Positions 49,289-60,513 of a stretch of DNA of 64,000 bases are shown piece by piece. Origin of the DNA: Malacoraja senta (taxonomy: Eukaryota); the NCBI GenBank assembly GCA_038087875.1, contig CM075993.1:3784001-3848000 (forward strand). The letters are read 5' to 3'. Position numbers and translations under genes: made by a program. The stretch's first letter is position 1, and every line of letters starts with the position of its first letter. The notes beneath the pieces are model-generated. The model saw only the letters and a list, made by a program, of their open reading frames with translations, was not told the origin of the DNA and searched no databases.

Positions 49289-52200
49289 CTGGAATGAAAA
49301 GATTTGGAAATAATAAATCCACATGCAGATACTCAGAATTATAGTATTGATGACACACATTTGTTGGAGTTCGGAAGATTGAGGGATGATTTTATTGGAA
49401 CATGTTAGATCTTCAGGAGTTTCTGCGGGGCGATTTTGAGGTGTTGCCATGACGAGATAAATAGATACATAGAAAGTAGGTGCAGGAGTAGGCCAGTCGG
49501 CCCTTCGAGCCAGCACCGCCATTCGATAGTATCATGGCTGATCATCCACAATCAGTACCCCGTTCCTGCCTTCTCCCCATATCCCTTGCATTCCGTTAGC
49601 CCAACAAGCTGAATCTAACTCTCTCTTGAAAACATCCAGTGAATTGGCCTCCATTGCCAGAGAATTGTACTTTTTTACTCGAAGGCTTAGTCGTAGTAGG
49701 TCGTAGTAGGTCGGCATGTTAGTCGTAGGTAATCGAGGGTAGTCGTAGATAGTCTTCATCATAGTCGAAGGGAGGTCGAAGGAGATCGAAGGAGGTCGTC
49801 TTCACTCTCCACTATTCGGTGTCCAATTTTCCCGAAGTTAGTCGTAGCTAGTTGTAACTAGTCTTCGACATAGGACCTCATCTCAGTCCTAAATGGGCTA
49901 TCCCTTATTCTTAAACTGTGACCCCCTGGTTCTGGACTCCCCCAACATCGGGAACATTTTTCCTTATACAGACTTATTGCAGAGGGTTGGTGACTCTTGG
50001 GTATTGTGGAGGCTGGATTGTTGGGAATGATCTAAATAGAGCGTGGATAACGTTTTGAAAGATTGGGCATTGAGGGCTGTGGAGGAACAACCCAGAGTTG
50101 TTGGGGAAGGGATGAAGACTCAATGATACTGAAGGAATGGCCACGGTCATAACACACAGAAATGTGCTCTTGGGCCCAACTCATTATGCCCACCAAGATG
50201 CCCCATCTAAGCTAGTTCCATTTAGACAATAGACAATAGGTGCAGGAGTAGGCCATTCGGCCCTTCGAGCCAGCACCGCCATTCAATGTGATCATGGCTG
50301 ATCATCCCCAATCAGTACCCCGTTCCTGCCTTCTCCCCATATCCCCTGACTCCTCTATTTTTAAGAGCCCTATCTAGCTCTCTCTTGAAAGCATCCAGAG
50401 AACCCGCCTCCACCGCCCTCTGAGGCAGAGAATTCCACAGACTCACAACTCTCTGTGAGAAAAAGTGTTTCCTCGTCTCCGTTCTAAATGGCTTACTCCT
50501 TATTCTAAAACTGTGTGTGGCCCCTGGTTCTGGACTCCCCCAACATCGGGAACACGTTTCCTGCCTCTAGCGTGTCCAAGCCCTTAACAATCTTATATGT
50601 TTCAATGAGATGCCCTCTCATCCTTCTAAACTCCAGAGCGTACAAGCCCAGCCGCTCCATTCTCTCAGCGTTTGCCCACATTTGGTCCATATCCCTCTAT
50701 CCAGTTACACTTGGGAGTAAATGCCTGAAGAAGGGTCTTGACCTGAAACGTCACCCATTCCTTATCTCCAGAGATGCTGCCTGTCCCGCTGAGTTACACC
50801 AGCTTTTTGTGTCTATCTTCAGTGTATTTCTCAGTATGATTTGGAATGAGAAATCCAATAAACTAAACTGAACTGAACTGAATGGAAGGTATTTATTTTC
50901 TTTCAAAACGGTGGAGTTTGCATCATCCAAAGATTCTATGTGAGTTGCTCCACAAAACTTTGTAGATTGTTCAGATTGCAGCATCGCTTGTAGTGAGCAG
51001 GCAGGGAGTGCTGTATCGATTCTTATCTCAGCAAAGGGCGGCACTGTTAGAGCTGCTGCCTCACAGCTCCGGAGACCCGCTTCGATCTTGACCTCGGGAG
51101 GGTGCTGTCTGTGCGGAGTTTGCACGTTCTGCCCGGTTTCCTCCAGTTTCCTCTCACATCCCAAACGCGTGCTGGGCCGCTGTTTATTTGCCTCCAGTGG
51201 GTAGGGAGTGGGTGGGGAAAGTGGGGAAACATAGAGCCAGTGCGAACAGGTGATTGTCGGGCGACTCGGACTCGATGGGCCGAAGGGCCTGTTTCCCTAA
51301 ACGCTGCATCTCTAAACTAAACAAAGCATCTTGACCATCCACGCGTTTTAACTAGCAGTTGGCCTGAATGCTTGAAGGATAACAAGGCTGGTGTGAGTGT
51401 CATTTTGGGGAAAATGGTGGCATTTAGGAGACAAAGTGAAAAAATATACGTTCTGTCATAAACCCTGTTTAAACTCACCTTTAAAATTATAGTGTCTATG
51501 CAATCATCGGTGAAATAATCGTTAATTATTCCATGTCTCATCTCATCCTTATCATCGTCCTCCCCGATCAGTATGAAAAAGGCCCTCAGTTTCTCAGGCA
51601 TAAAGTGATCCATGATTATTATGAGTATTCCGAGCATGAAACACACCAGCGCTGCATGGGAGAGAGGAAGGAATCGGTTAGTTGGTTATTTTCCATTGGG
51701 AAAGGAGTGAGCCTGTTTAGGGCAGGGGTGGGCAACCTTTTCATGTTGGAAGGCCGCATTAAGTTAGCTGTGATCTAATAAGGCCGCATCCAAGAAACTT
51801 CAATTAGATATACTACACAACATTTATCTTGAAAGTTGTTGAAGAAATCTATTCCTCGTGTTCTACCCGTAAGAGTGCCCAAAGCGAGTAACTCTTTGTG
51901 GCAATAAAATAGCCCTCATGACTTACTAATGTTTTAATTGTGGCCGTCAGTCGGGGAGGATTACTTCGTTGAATCTTCTTTTACTCTTTGATATTTTAAA
52001 TACGTTCATTTTAAGATAAAAATAAAAATAATATCTTTCCTAATATCTCTCCTATTTGTGATAAATGCCAATACTCATCGGCTAATTTAACCCATACCTC
52101 TGTACAGCACTTTGGCCAACATTGGTTGTTTTAAAGTGCATAACAAATAAAGTTGGATTGGATTGGATAAATTGTATAAAAATTAAAAATTACTGGATTG

Positions 52201-55200
52201 ATATTTTTACAATAATCTCTGTAGTTGTTAATACTCAACTGGATCCCGATCCTAAATTAGATAATATTGGGCATGTCAGAACAATATCTAAAACTTACAA
52301 CAAACCAAAGAAATTTCCTTGACTACAGTATAGTAATTGGGAAAAAAATTAATATTAAAATTTTGGAAAAACCCCGCAACCCCCACAATATGGATGTGGA
52401 TTATGGAGATGTCGGAGATCTTACATTTGGAAAAAATTGGATATGTCTTAATTGACAAACCAGAATTATTTGCTAAAATATGGTCTCCATTTATAGATTA
52501 TCTGAAGGGGTAGACTGGGCCGGCACGGAGGCCTGACTGAAACCTGAACCAGGACTGGATGAATAGTTACGTTTTCTGACCTATGGACCTATCTCCTAAG
52601 TTGTATTATTGATAGTTTATCTTACTTTTCTAATTTCTTTTCTTTATTTCTTTATTTTTATTATCTATAAATATAAATAAATAATTAGAGGCAAGGTTAA
52701 TATGTAACCGATAAATGAGGACCCCAGCTACTTTGGTAACTGGGTACCCGGAACCCTGGAAACTTAATATGTAATCGTTACACAAAGTTTGTAATGGGTT
52801 GAACTATGATATGCAGATACCTGTAATAAAAAATTAAAATAAAAAAAAATTAAAAAAAATTAACATTTAAAAAAAATTAAAAAAATTAAAATAAAAAATA
52901 ATAAAAGACGAACAAAAACATATGAATAAAAAGAAAAAGATTTGTTCTACAAAATAAGAATAAGGAGTAAGCCATTTAGAACAGAGACGAGGAAACACTT
53001 TTTCTCACAGAGAGTGGTGAGTCTGTGGAATTCTCTGCCTCAGAGGGCGGTGGAGGCCGGTTCTCTGGATGCTTTCAAGAGAGAGCTAGATAGGGCTCTT
53101 AAAAATAGCAGAGTCAGGGGATATGGGGAGAAGGCAGGAACGGGGGTACTGATTGGGGATGATCAGCCAATGATCACATTGAATGGTGGTGCTGGCTCGA
53201 AGGGCCGATTGGCCTAATCCTGCACCTATTGTCTATTGTCTATTGTCTATTGTCTAAAATTTGGATTCATTCAGAAGGCCGCACTTAATGGCCAAGAAGG
53301 CCGCAGGTTCCCCACCCCTGGTGTAGGGTATCCTTTCATGTTAGTGGGCAAGGAACATTGCTTGTGTGATGCCCCCAGGGTGCATGCCCTCACTGGGAAG
53401 CCTTGGTGGATGGTTCTGGCCCAAACAATTTGTTCTGGCACAGACGTATCTCTTTCGTTCTCAAGCTCAACCCATAACACAGATTGGATTGTACCACGCA
53501 GATCGTCCGGTTGCTCACCAGTCGCCAGTGTTAGCCAGAAGGAAACGCTCAGGCTCGTCCTCAGTGTCATTGGTCCAAACTGAATAATGCATCGAGGGAC
53601 ATTGCGGGTGGTGGCAAACGAGATGACTCCAAAGATCATGAACGCAGACGTGACCAAGGTCATGTAGCCTCCGTAGACAATTGTTGACATGCAGAAGAGG
53701 ATATTGGAGATGATCCAGGCGCAGAAAGCCACCCTGTTGCGGAAAGAACAAAAGATAAACTTAGAGGTAGACAAAAATGCTGGAGAAACTCAGCGGATGA
53801 GGCAGCATCTATGGAGCGAAGGAATAGGTGACGTTTCGGGCCGAAACCCTACTTCTGACTGAACCAGTGGGTTTTTGTAATGGCACATGTTGGCACACTG
53901 TACCGGCACTTCTATGAAGTTAAAAATCATTATTTTGCTTTCTGGCCATGGTAGATGTATATTAATTTATTCATCGTGAATACCGGCTTTTCCACAATAA
54001 AAGCACTGATTTTAATAAAGGCAAAAACATCACCAGCATCTGCAGTTCCTTGTGTGCAACATTTAACTTCTTCACTGCGGAATCTCCGCAAGGTATATCC
54101 ACTATGCATGTGGCAGGCTTTGCACTCCTTCCACCTCTCCTTCCAGTTTTATCTCCCTTCGGCCCATGCTGACCAAGGACGCACTATGGTGCCTAGAATC
54201 CCTATCCATGTTCCCCAGAGATACTGCCTGACCCACTGAGTTACTCCAGCATTGTGTGCCTTATTTTGTAAACCAGTATCTGCAGTTCCTTGTGTCTACT
54301 ATTGTATCACTCTCTCTTCATTTGGAAGAACCCACACTGGCCTTGATTCTAATGAGCCCTGTCCCACTTTTGCGCGACTTTCGTCACCCGTCTTAGGTCG
54401 CTGCAGGTCGCCGAAAATTTCCAACATGTTGAAAGTCCAGCGGCAACCAAGAAGACGCTATGACTCTTTGGGCGACTGAGGAGACGACTCACGACCATAC
54501 AGGCGACACCCTGGCGACATGTCGCGGGGTGAAGCCTATAGTAGTCGCCCAAAGAGTCGTACGTAGTTCCGGTCACCGCTGGATTTTCAACATGTTGAAA
54601 ATTTTCGGAGACCTGCAACGACCTATGACGGGTGCCAGCAGTCGCCGAAAAAGTCGCATAAGTGGGACAGGCCCATTAGTGGTTTGAAAGCGCTGGAAAA
54701 TGATTTTATATTAACAAACTCTTCTGGTCTTTCATTGTCCTATTTGAAATGCAATGATGAGTCTTGCTTACCACATCATAGCTGTTGCATAATGTCCAGA
54801 AAAACCGGTACTGTGCATTGAGGAGGCAAGGGGCTTTTGAAGTAAACTTCTCAGCAATATACAAAATTGGATTTGGAAGCCCTCGTTCAAGTCCTTTATG
54901 ACTTTGCTCATCGTAATTTAACTCAAATTTCCACTGGAAGTTTTCATTGTAGTTGATGGTTTCATTCAGCTGGTTCACGGGAAGACCTGTGAACAAATGG
55001 CATTAGGGGGCCACATTAATCATAGGCGGTCGGCAAAAGCAACACCATTCACAAAGAAATCTGGCTGGAAAACGGCATGGTATAATAGGTAAAACGCAAG
55101 TTACTGGAGGAACTCAATGGGTCAGGCAGCATCATTTGGGGAGTGTGTAGGAAGAAATAGACATCTTTCCCTGTTGTACCTTGTCTTCCGAAGAGTCCAC

Positions 55201-57696
55201 CAGAGACTATACTGGAAGTTTTATACTGGACAATTTTTACATTTATACCAAGCCAATTAACCTACAAACCTGCACGTCTTTGGAGTGTGGAAGGAAACCA
55301 AAGATCTCGGAGAAAACCCACACAGGTCACGGGGAGAACGTACAAACTCCGTACAGACAGCGCCCGTGGTCGGGATCGAACCCGGGTCTCCGGCGCTGCA
55401 TTTTGCCGTGAGGCAGCAACTCTACCGCTGCGCCACCGTGACTGTTAAACCAGCCTTGGCTGAACTACTCTGGCGACTAACTCATTTATAAATGGTTTGG
55501 TGAAGAAATGCACCTCCAGTCGAATCTGAGCAAACCCATTCAAGATACAGTGAACATCCAGACAGAGGAGGATAGTTTAGCTTGGCATCATGTTTAGCAC
55601 CGACATTGTGGGCCGAAGGGCCTGTTACTCTACAGTTCTATGTCCTACATTCTATGAAACATTGGTCAAGTTACGTGAGCTCTACTGCCTGTTAGATTAA
55701 AAAACAGAGCAAATGTTCACAAACTCAGGCACACTGTGTTTCATTGTCACGGTTCGCAAACAGTGCTGAATAATCACTTTGGATTATATTCATTTCATTG
55801 ATTTCATTTCAGTACTTATCAGTGTGTAATCTTATAAGATCTGGATTGCGAATAATACTACCACATTCATTGAGTTACGTTAATCATTTACAATCTGCAT
55901 GTGATTTGAAGTCACTTCATTCTAATTGGGAAGTGATGTTTCATTCTTCCATTCCCACTGTCTTGCCCAGCTCCGCAAACCCTGTTTGAGGGTGTAATGT
56001 CTTTATCACATGAAGTCACTCTTTGCTTGCGATCTTCTGGTCTTTTTACACAATCAAAGGGGGAACTAAGCCAGAAATATCAGCACTGAATTTTCCCAAT
56101 CACAGAATACCAACCCCACCCACCCCCAGTCCGCACATATTAACTTACATAGAAAATGGGTGCAGGAGCAGGCCATTCGGCCCTTTGAGCCAGCACCGCC
56201 ATTCAATATGATCNNNNNNNNNNNNNNNNNNNNNNNNNNNNNNNNNNNNNNNNNNNNNNNNNNNNNNNNNNNNNNNNNNNNNNNNNNNNNNNNNNNNNNN
56301 NNNNNNNNNNNNNNNNNNNNNNNNNNNNNNNNNNNNNNNNNNNNNNNNNNNNNNNNNNNNNNNNNNNNNNNNNNNNNNNNNNNNNNNNNNNNNNNNNNNN
56401 NNNNNNNNNNNNNCCGGGGTGAAGCCACTTTGTGTAGTCAAGTGGTGGGAGTTTAAAACACACTTCATGAAGCACATCCACGCTATTTGTACAGCAGGCA
56501 CAATGGCCATTGTGGCAATTCTTAAACAGACTGGAACAGTGCACAGAACCAGTGGACCAGGCAAAACGCTTTGCTTACATGTCACGTAGTCTCAGCTGTT
56601 TTTCTTTTCTGAAATGTTTCTTTTTTGCTGAGAGTTGTGAGAGGGAAAGTGGGTTTTATCCCCGTTTAGTTTTAGAGATAGGGCTGCGGAAACAGGCCAT
56701 TCGGCCCACCGAGCCCGTGCCGCCCAGCGATCCCCGCGCACTAATATTATCCCCACACGTTAGGGACAATTTGCCATTTACAATCGTACTTCTTTGGATT
56801 GTGGGAAGAGACCAGAGCATGTTAACGAAAACCCACGAGGTCACAGGGAGAACATACAAACTCCGTACAGACAGCACCCGTGGTCAGGATCGAACCTGGG
56901 TCAATGGGTTATCCTAAGTCTGATTGGTGCCAATTCTGTCCATTGGGGCTTATGTGAAGCATGATATTTGCCCATTCATGGTGACATATCACGCTGTACT
57001 TTCACTGTAGAAAAAAATATAACCAATTCTTCAGGATCATACGGACTTTTGAGTTATTACGATGTTATGATTGCTTTCTCCCCTTCCCCTGGGTGAAAGG
57101 AAGTCGGGAGTTCAGGCAGTTAGATCTCAAAAACAGGAGGATAAAGAAATAACACAAGGTATCGCCTCCACAGATGCTGCCTGACCTGCCAACTATTTTC
57201 ATGATAGCTGGCACTGCCGTAAACTGAACAAAAGGAAAATAATGTTCACAGAGGTTATACATACCGACTATTATCACTCCAACCAGCAGGCTTAGAATCA
57301 CTCTGCAGAACGAATAGATTCTCTGCACGAAAAGAGAAAAAAAAAGCTCACAAAAGGGAAACAAGTTTTCTTTGGTCAAAACAGAATTTCACCGATCGAA
57401 TTAAACAATCGTTTCATCATTAATTAGCGATGGGAAGCTAAATAATGTTGTTTCATCGGTACTTTTAACGGATGTAACTAATTTTTAAATTGGGATAATC
57501 AATGTCGACTAAATACAAATTATAAATACAAATTATAAGAGATGGTTTATATATATATATATATACATATTATATATATATATACATATTATATATATAT
57601 ATACATATTATATATATATATACATAACCCTCATAATATATATATATTAAGAGATGGTGTGTAAATATATATAATATTACACCATCTCTTATAATT

Positions 57697-57760
<64 letters not shown>

Positions 57761-58490
57761 TTTTTTAATACACACACACCTATATATACGTCTATACATA
57801 CACATATATATGCACAACATATATATATAGACCTATTTATACATCTATACATATATACCTATATACACACGCACACTCACACATATATATAAATGTTTCT
57901 GTTAAGAATAAGGGGTAAGCCATTTAGAACGGAGACGAGGAAACACTTTTTCTCAGAGAGTGAGTTGTGAGTCTGTGGAATTCTCTGCCTCAGAGGGCGG
58001 TGGAGGCCGGTTCTCTGGATGCTTTCAAGAGAGAGCTAGATAGGGCTCTTAAAGATAGCGGAGTCAGTGGCTATGGGGAGAAGGCAGGAACGGGGTACTG
58101 ATTGGGGATGATCAGCCATGATCACATTAAATGGCGGTGCTGGCTCGAAGGGCCGAATGGCCGACTCCTGCGCCTATTGTCTAAATATATACATATGACG
58201 GTATTTGACGGCGATTCGGGCCATCTGATCAATGTTGTACTTGTGATGCCCAAGAACGGCGAGGCAGCCAGCACACAGAGAGAACCAAACATGCCGTGTC
58301 TCTAGACTTTGGCTTGAGGAAGGGGACGATTTGTCTCACTCACCCCTCTCCCTCTGATCCCGGGGAGAATAATGAGGAAAGTCGCGGCGAGGACCAGGAA
58401 GACGAGGATCACCACCAGCAGCGTGAGGCCGAAGACGAACGCGGTCCGTTCGTGGATGTAAAAAGGAGCAATCCCGTTGAATATAGTCAT
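49241..58490 (-). CDS. DUOXA: Dual oxidase maturation factor (DUOXA family); coding exon 3 not seen, +1 frameshift in exon 4 as assembled
   Basis: Exons 58344..58490, 57265..57322, [missing], 54772..54986, 53519..53733, 51479..51651 and probably 49241..49288. Motifs: [48 protein letters not shown]1 versus DUOXA2 orthology cannot be resolved by eye. Confidence 0.9.
51479..51651 (-). CDS. DUOXA: DUOXA coding exon 6
   Basis: (A)[25 protein letters not shown] followed by an acidic tail; cag acceptor, donor AAG|gtgagt. Confidence 0.85.
51723..53320. mobile_element. hAT-type MITE carrying nested L1 and CR1 fragments
   Basis: TIRs CAGGGGTGGG...CCCACCCCTG; near-TSD GTTTAGGG/GTGTAGGG. Confidence 0.7.
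52140..52870 (+). mobile_element. L1-clade LINE 3' end with poly(A) tail
   Basis: Frameshifted LDPDPKL.ILGMSE...[17 protein letters not shown]...[11 protein letters not shown], then 3'UTR, AATAAA and A-rich tail. A related copy lies on - at about 10450-12655. Confidence 0.7.
53519..53733 (-). CDS. DUOXA: DUOXA coding exon 5
   Basis: 215 nt; (W)[13 protein letters not shown]...YGGYM...SFWLTLAT; cag acceptor, gtgagc donor. Confidence 0.93.
54772..54986 (-). CDS. DUOXA: DUOXA coding exon 4 (one extra base at 54800-54804)
   Basis: [18 protein letters not shown]...[26 protein letters not shown], then the conserved GHYATAMMW in a shifted frame; 215 nt; donor gtaagc. Confidence 0.92.
56214..56413. 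other. Assembly gap (200 N)
   Basis: N run between DUOXA coding exons 2 and 4. Confidence 1.
57265..57322 (-). CDS. DUOXA: DUOXA coding exon 2 ([19 protein letters not shown])
   Basis: 58 nt; pyrimidine tract plus cag, donor G|gtatgt; homologous to RWFWLVRVLLSLFIGAEIV. Confidence 0.9.
57548..57890. repeat. (TA)n/(CA)n compound microsatellite
   Basis: Seen directly. Confidence 0.9.
58344..58490 (-). CDS. DUOXA: DUOXA coding exon 1 ([11 protein letters not shown]...LPGIRGRG)
   Basis: 147 nt, donor GGG|gtgagt. A splice acceptor lies 11 nt upstream of the ATG (exon starts 58501), implying an upstream non-coding exon. Confidence 0.93.
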
Positions 58491-59492
58491 GGCTGAGACT
58501 TCTGCGGCGAGTGGAGGGAGAAAAGAGCGTGTTATTTGCAGGCGGAGAGGCGCAAATTTTCATGTGACATTAAAAAGATGCTGAAAATCTGAAATAGGAC
58601 AAAAACGCTAAAAAATATATATATATATATGCACCAAAATGTGGAAACAAGGAACTGCAGATGTTGGTTTACACAAGAAAGGACACGAAATACTGGAGTA
58701 ACAGTGGGTCAGGTAGCAACTCCAGAGAAAATGGATAGGTAGGTTACAACCCAAATCACAAAAAAAACATGCGTCAAATTATACCACAAGGAATAGTATT
58801 TCCCCCAGTAATTTTGCCACGGCACTGAGTTTTGCAAAAATATATTGCATTTTATATTACAAATGTATTACATGTGTTACATTTTGGGACAGGCAGCATC
58901 TCCGGAGAGAAGGAATGGGTGACATTTCGGGTCGAGACCCTCTCGATCTGAAACGTCACCCATTCTTTCTCTCCACAGACGCCACCTGACCCGCTGAGTT
59001 TCTCCAGCATTTTGTGTCTATCTTCAGTTTAAAGCAGTTCCTTCCAACACATTACATTTTTTGGGTTTTGCACAACAAAAAAAAAGAGTTGCTCAAGAGA
59101 TTTTCCGTTAACATTACTTTAAATCCGATCAAAGAATTCGTGTTCTGGTATTGAACAGAAAAGGCGTTGTCAGATTGCAACATCAAACTTTATTACAGAA
59201 CGAGGAGACAGTCGAACGGATTGTCACCAGTTGCCAGCGATTGCGCGCCGCAGCCCAAAGGGACACTTCGATGAACCAACCCTCTCTCTCAAATTGTGCT
59301 ACACCACACCGCTTCCAATAAAAACTGTCCTTTGTCTCCCATCTGCAGTGATTTTTCAGCTTTTGATATTTTACAGAGACAGTGTTTTTGTCACGAACTT
59401 TCGATATTTTGAATAGGTCCTCAATTAATTTTTCATTCCCAGGTATTTAACAATTCCAAAAAGAAAATGTCACAACAATTTAATTCCAATCC

Positions 59493-59522
59493 TATGTGTG
59501 TGTGTGTGTGTGTGTGTGTCTA

Positions 59523-59560
<38 letters not shown>

Positions 59561-59708
59561 TGTGTGTGTGTCTGTGTGTGTCTATGTGTGTGTGTGTGTG
59601 TGTGTCTGTGTGTGTGTGTGTGTGTATGTGTGTGTGTCTATGTGTGTCTGTGTGTGTGTGTGTCTGTGTGTGTATGTGTGGGTCTATGTGTGTGTGTGTC
59701 TATGTGTG

Positions 59709-59748
<40 letters not shown>

Positions 59749-59756
59749 TATCTGTG

Positions 59757-59787
<31 letters not shown>

Positions 59788-59910
59788 CTATGTGTGTGTG
59801 TGTGTGTGTGTGTTTGTGTGTGTCTATGTGTGTGTGTGTGTGTGTGTGTGTCTATCTGTGTGTATGTGTGTGTGTGTGTGTGTGTCTATGTGTGTGTGTG
59901 TGTGTGTGTG

Positions 59911-59949
<39 letters not shown>

Positions 59950-59978
59950 CTGTGTCTATGTGTGTGTGTGTGTGTGTG

Positions 59979-60013
<35 letters not shown>

Positions 60014-60018
60014 CTGTG

Positions 60019-60049
<31 letters not shown>

Positions 60050-60124
60050 ATCTGTGTCTATGTGTGTGTGTGTGTGTGTGTATCTGTGTCTATGTGTGTA
60101 TCTGTGTCTATGTGTGTGTGTGTG
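59493..60124. repeat. Compound (TG)n microsatellite with TCTA interruptions
   Basis: Seen directly; about 630 bp. Confidence 0.97.
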
Positions 60125-60144
60125 ATGAGTTCTGATCCACTCAC

Positions 60145-60513
60145 CTTAACCCAGGTTCAGTTTGGAGTCGCCACAGAGTTCAGGTCGCGCTTTGTACCAC
60201 GAAGGCGAAATGTAGAAGTGGAGGAAACTTTGCAAGCAGTGTCCCCAGTCTGCAGACCCATCCAATTTATACCCCCTGCTGGTTCCCACTCATTGGGATT
60301 GGCCCCAAATATTTACGTCAGATGTTCAGTAAATAATTAAAAGTGGGAATTTTTGGAGCCATCGTCTTCTTCCTGGTAGCTGATGCAAATTATCCTACAC
60401 ACCCTCCGCCCCGCGTAACCAGCTACCCTCCTCCAGAGATTTTGAAGAGTATCTCCGTCTCCGCTCAGCAGCACCTGTCAATGCTTGAGCTCGGGTGAAA
60501 CTCGGCGCTGCAG
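60145..60513. promoter_or_regulatory. Putative bidirectional DUOXA/DUOX promoter with opposed first exons
   Basis: Minus-strand donor AAG|GTGAGT (exon end 60145) and plus-strand donor CAG|GTAAGA (exon end 60513) face outward around unique sequence. Motifs between them: CCAAT boxes, TTACGTCA 60313-60320, GGGAATTTTT 60345-60354, ATGCAAAT 60383-60390, GC box 60406-60411. Confidence 0.55.

Noticed and set aside
55925..55980. Minus-strand [15 protein letters not shown], superficially like the DUOXA exon 3 end (ADIGLQVGLGGVNITL)
   Set aside because: It has an in-frame stop, no upstream YK.FS similarity and no suitable splice sites; probably chance.
56900..57006. Minus-strand acceptor tttttttctacag as a candidate DUOXA exon 3 start
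   Set aside because: The required phase gives VKVQRDMSP* with no DUOXA similarity.
59467..60340. Long Cys/Val-rich ORFs (CVCVCV...)
   Set aside because: Translation of a (TG)n microsatellite.
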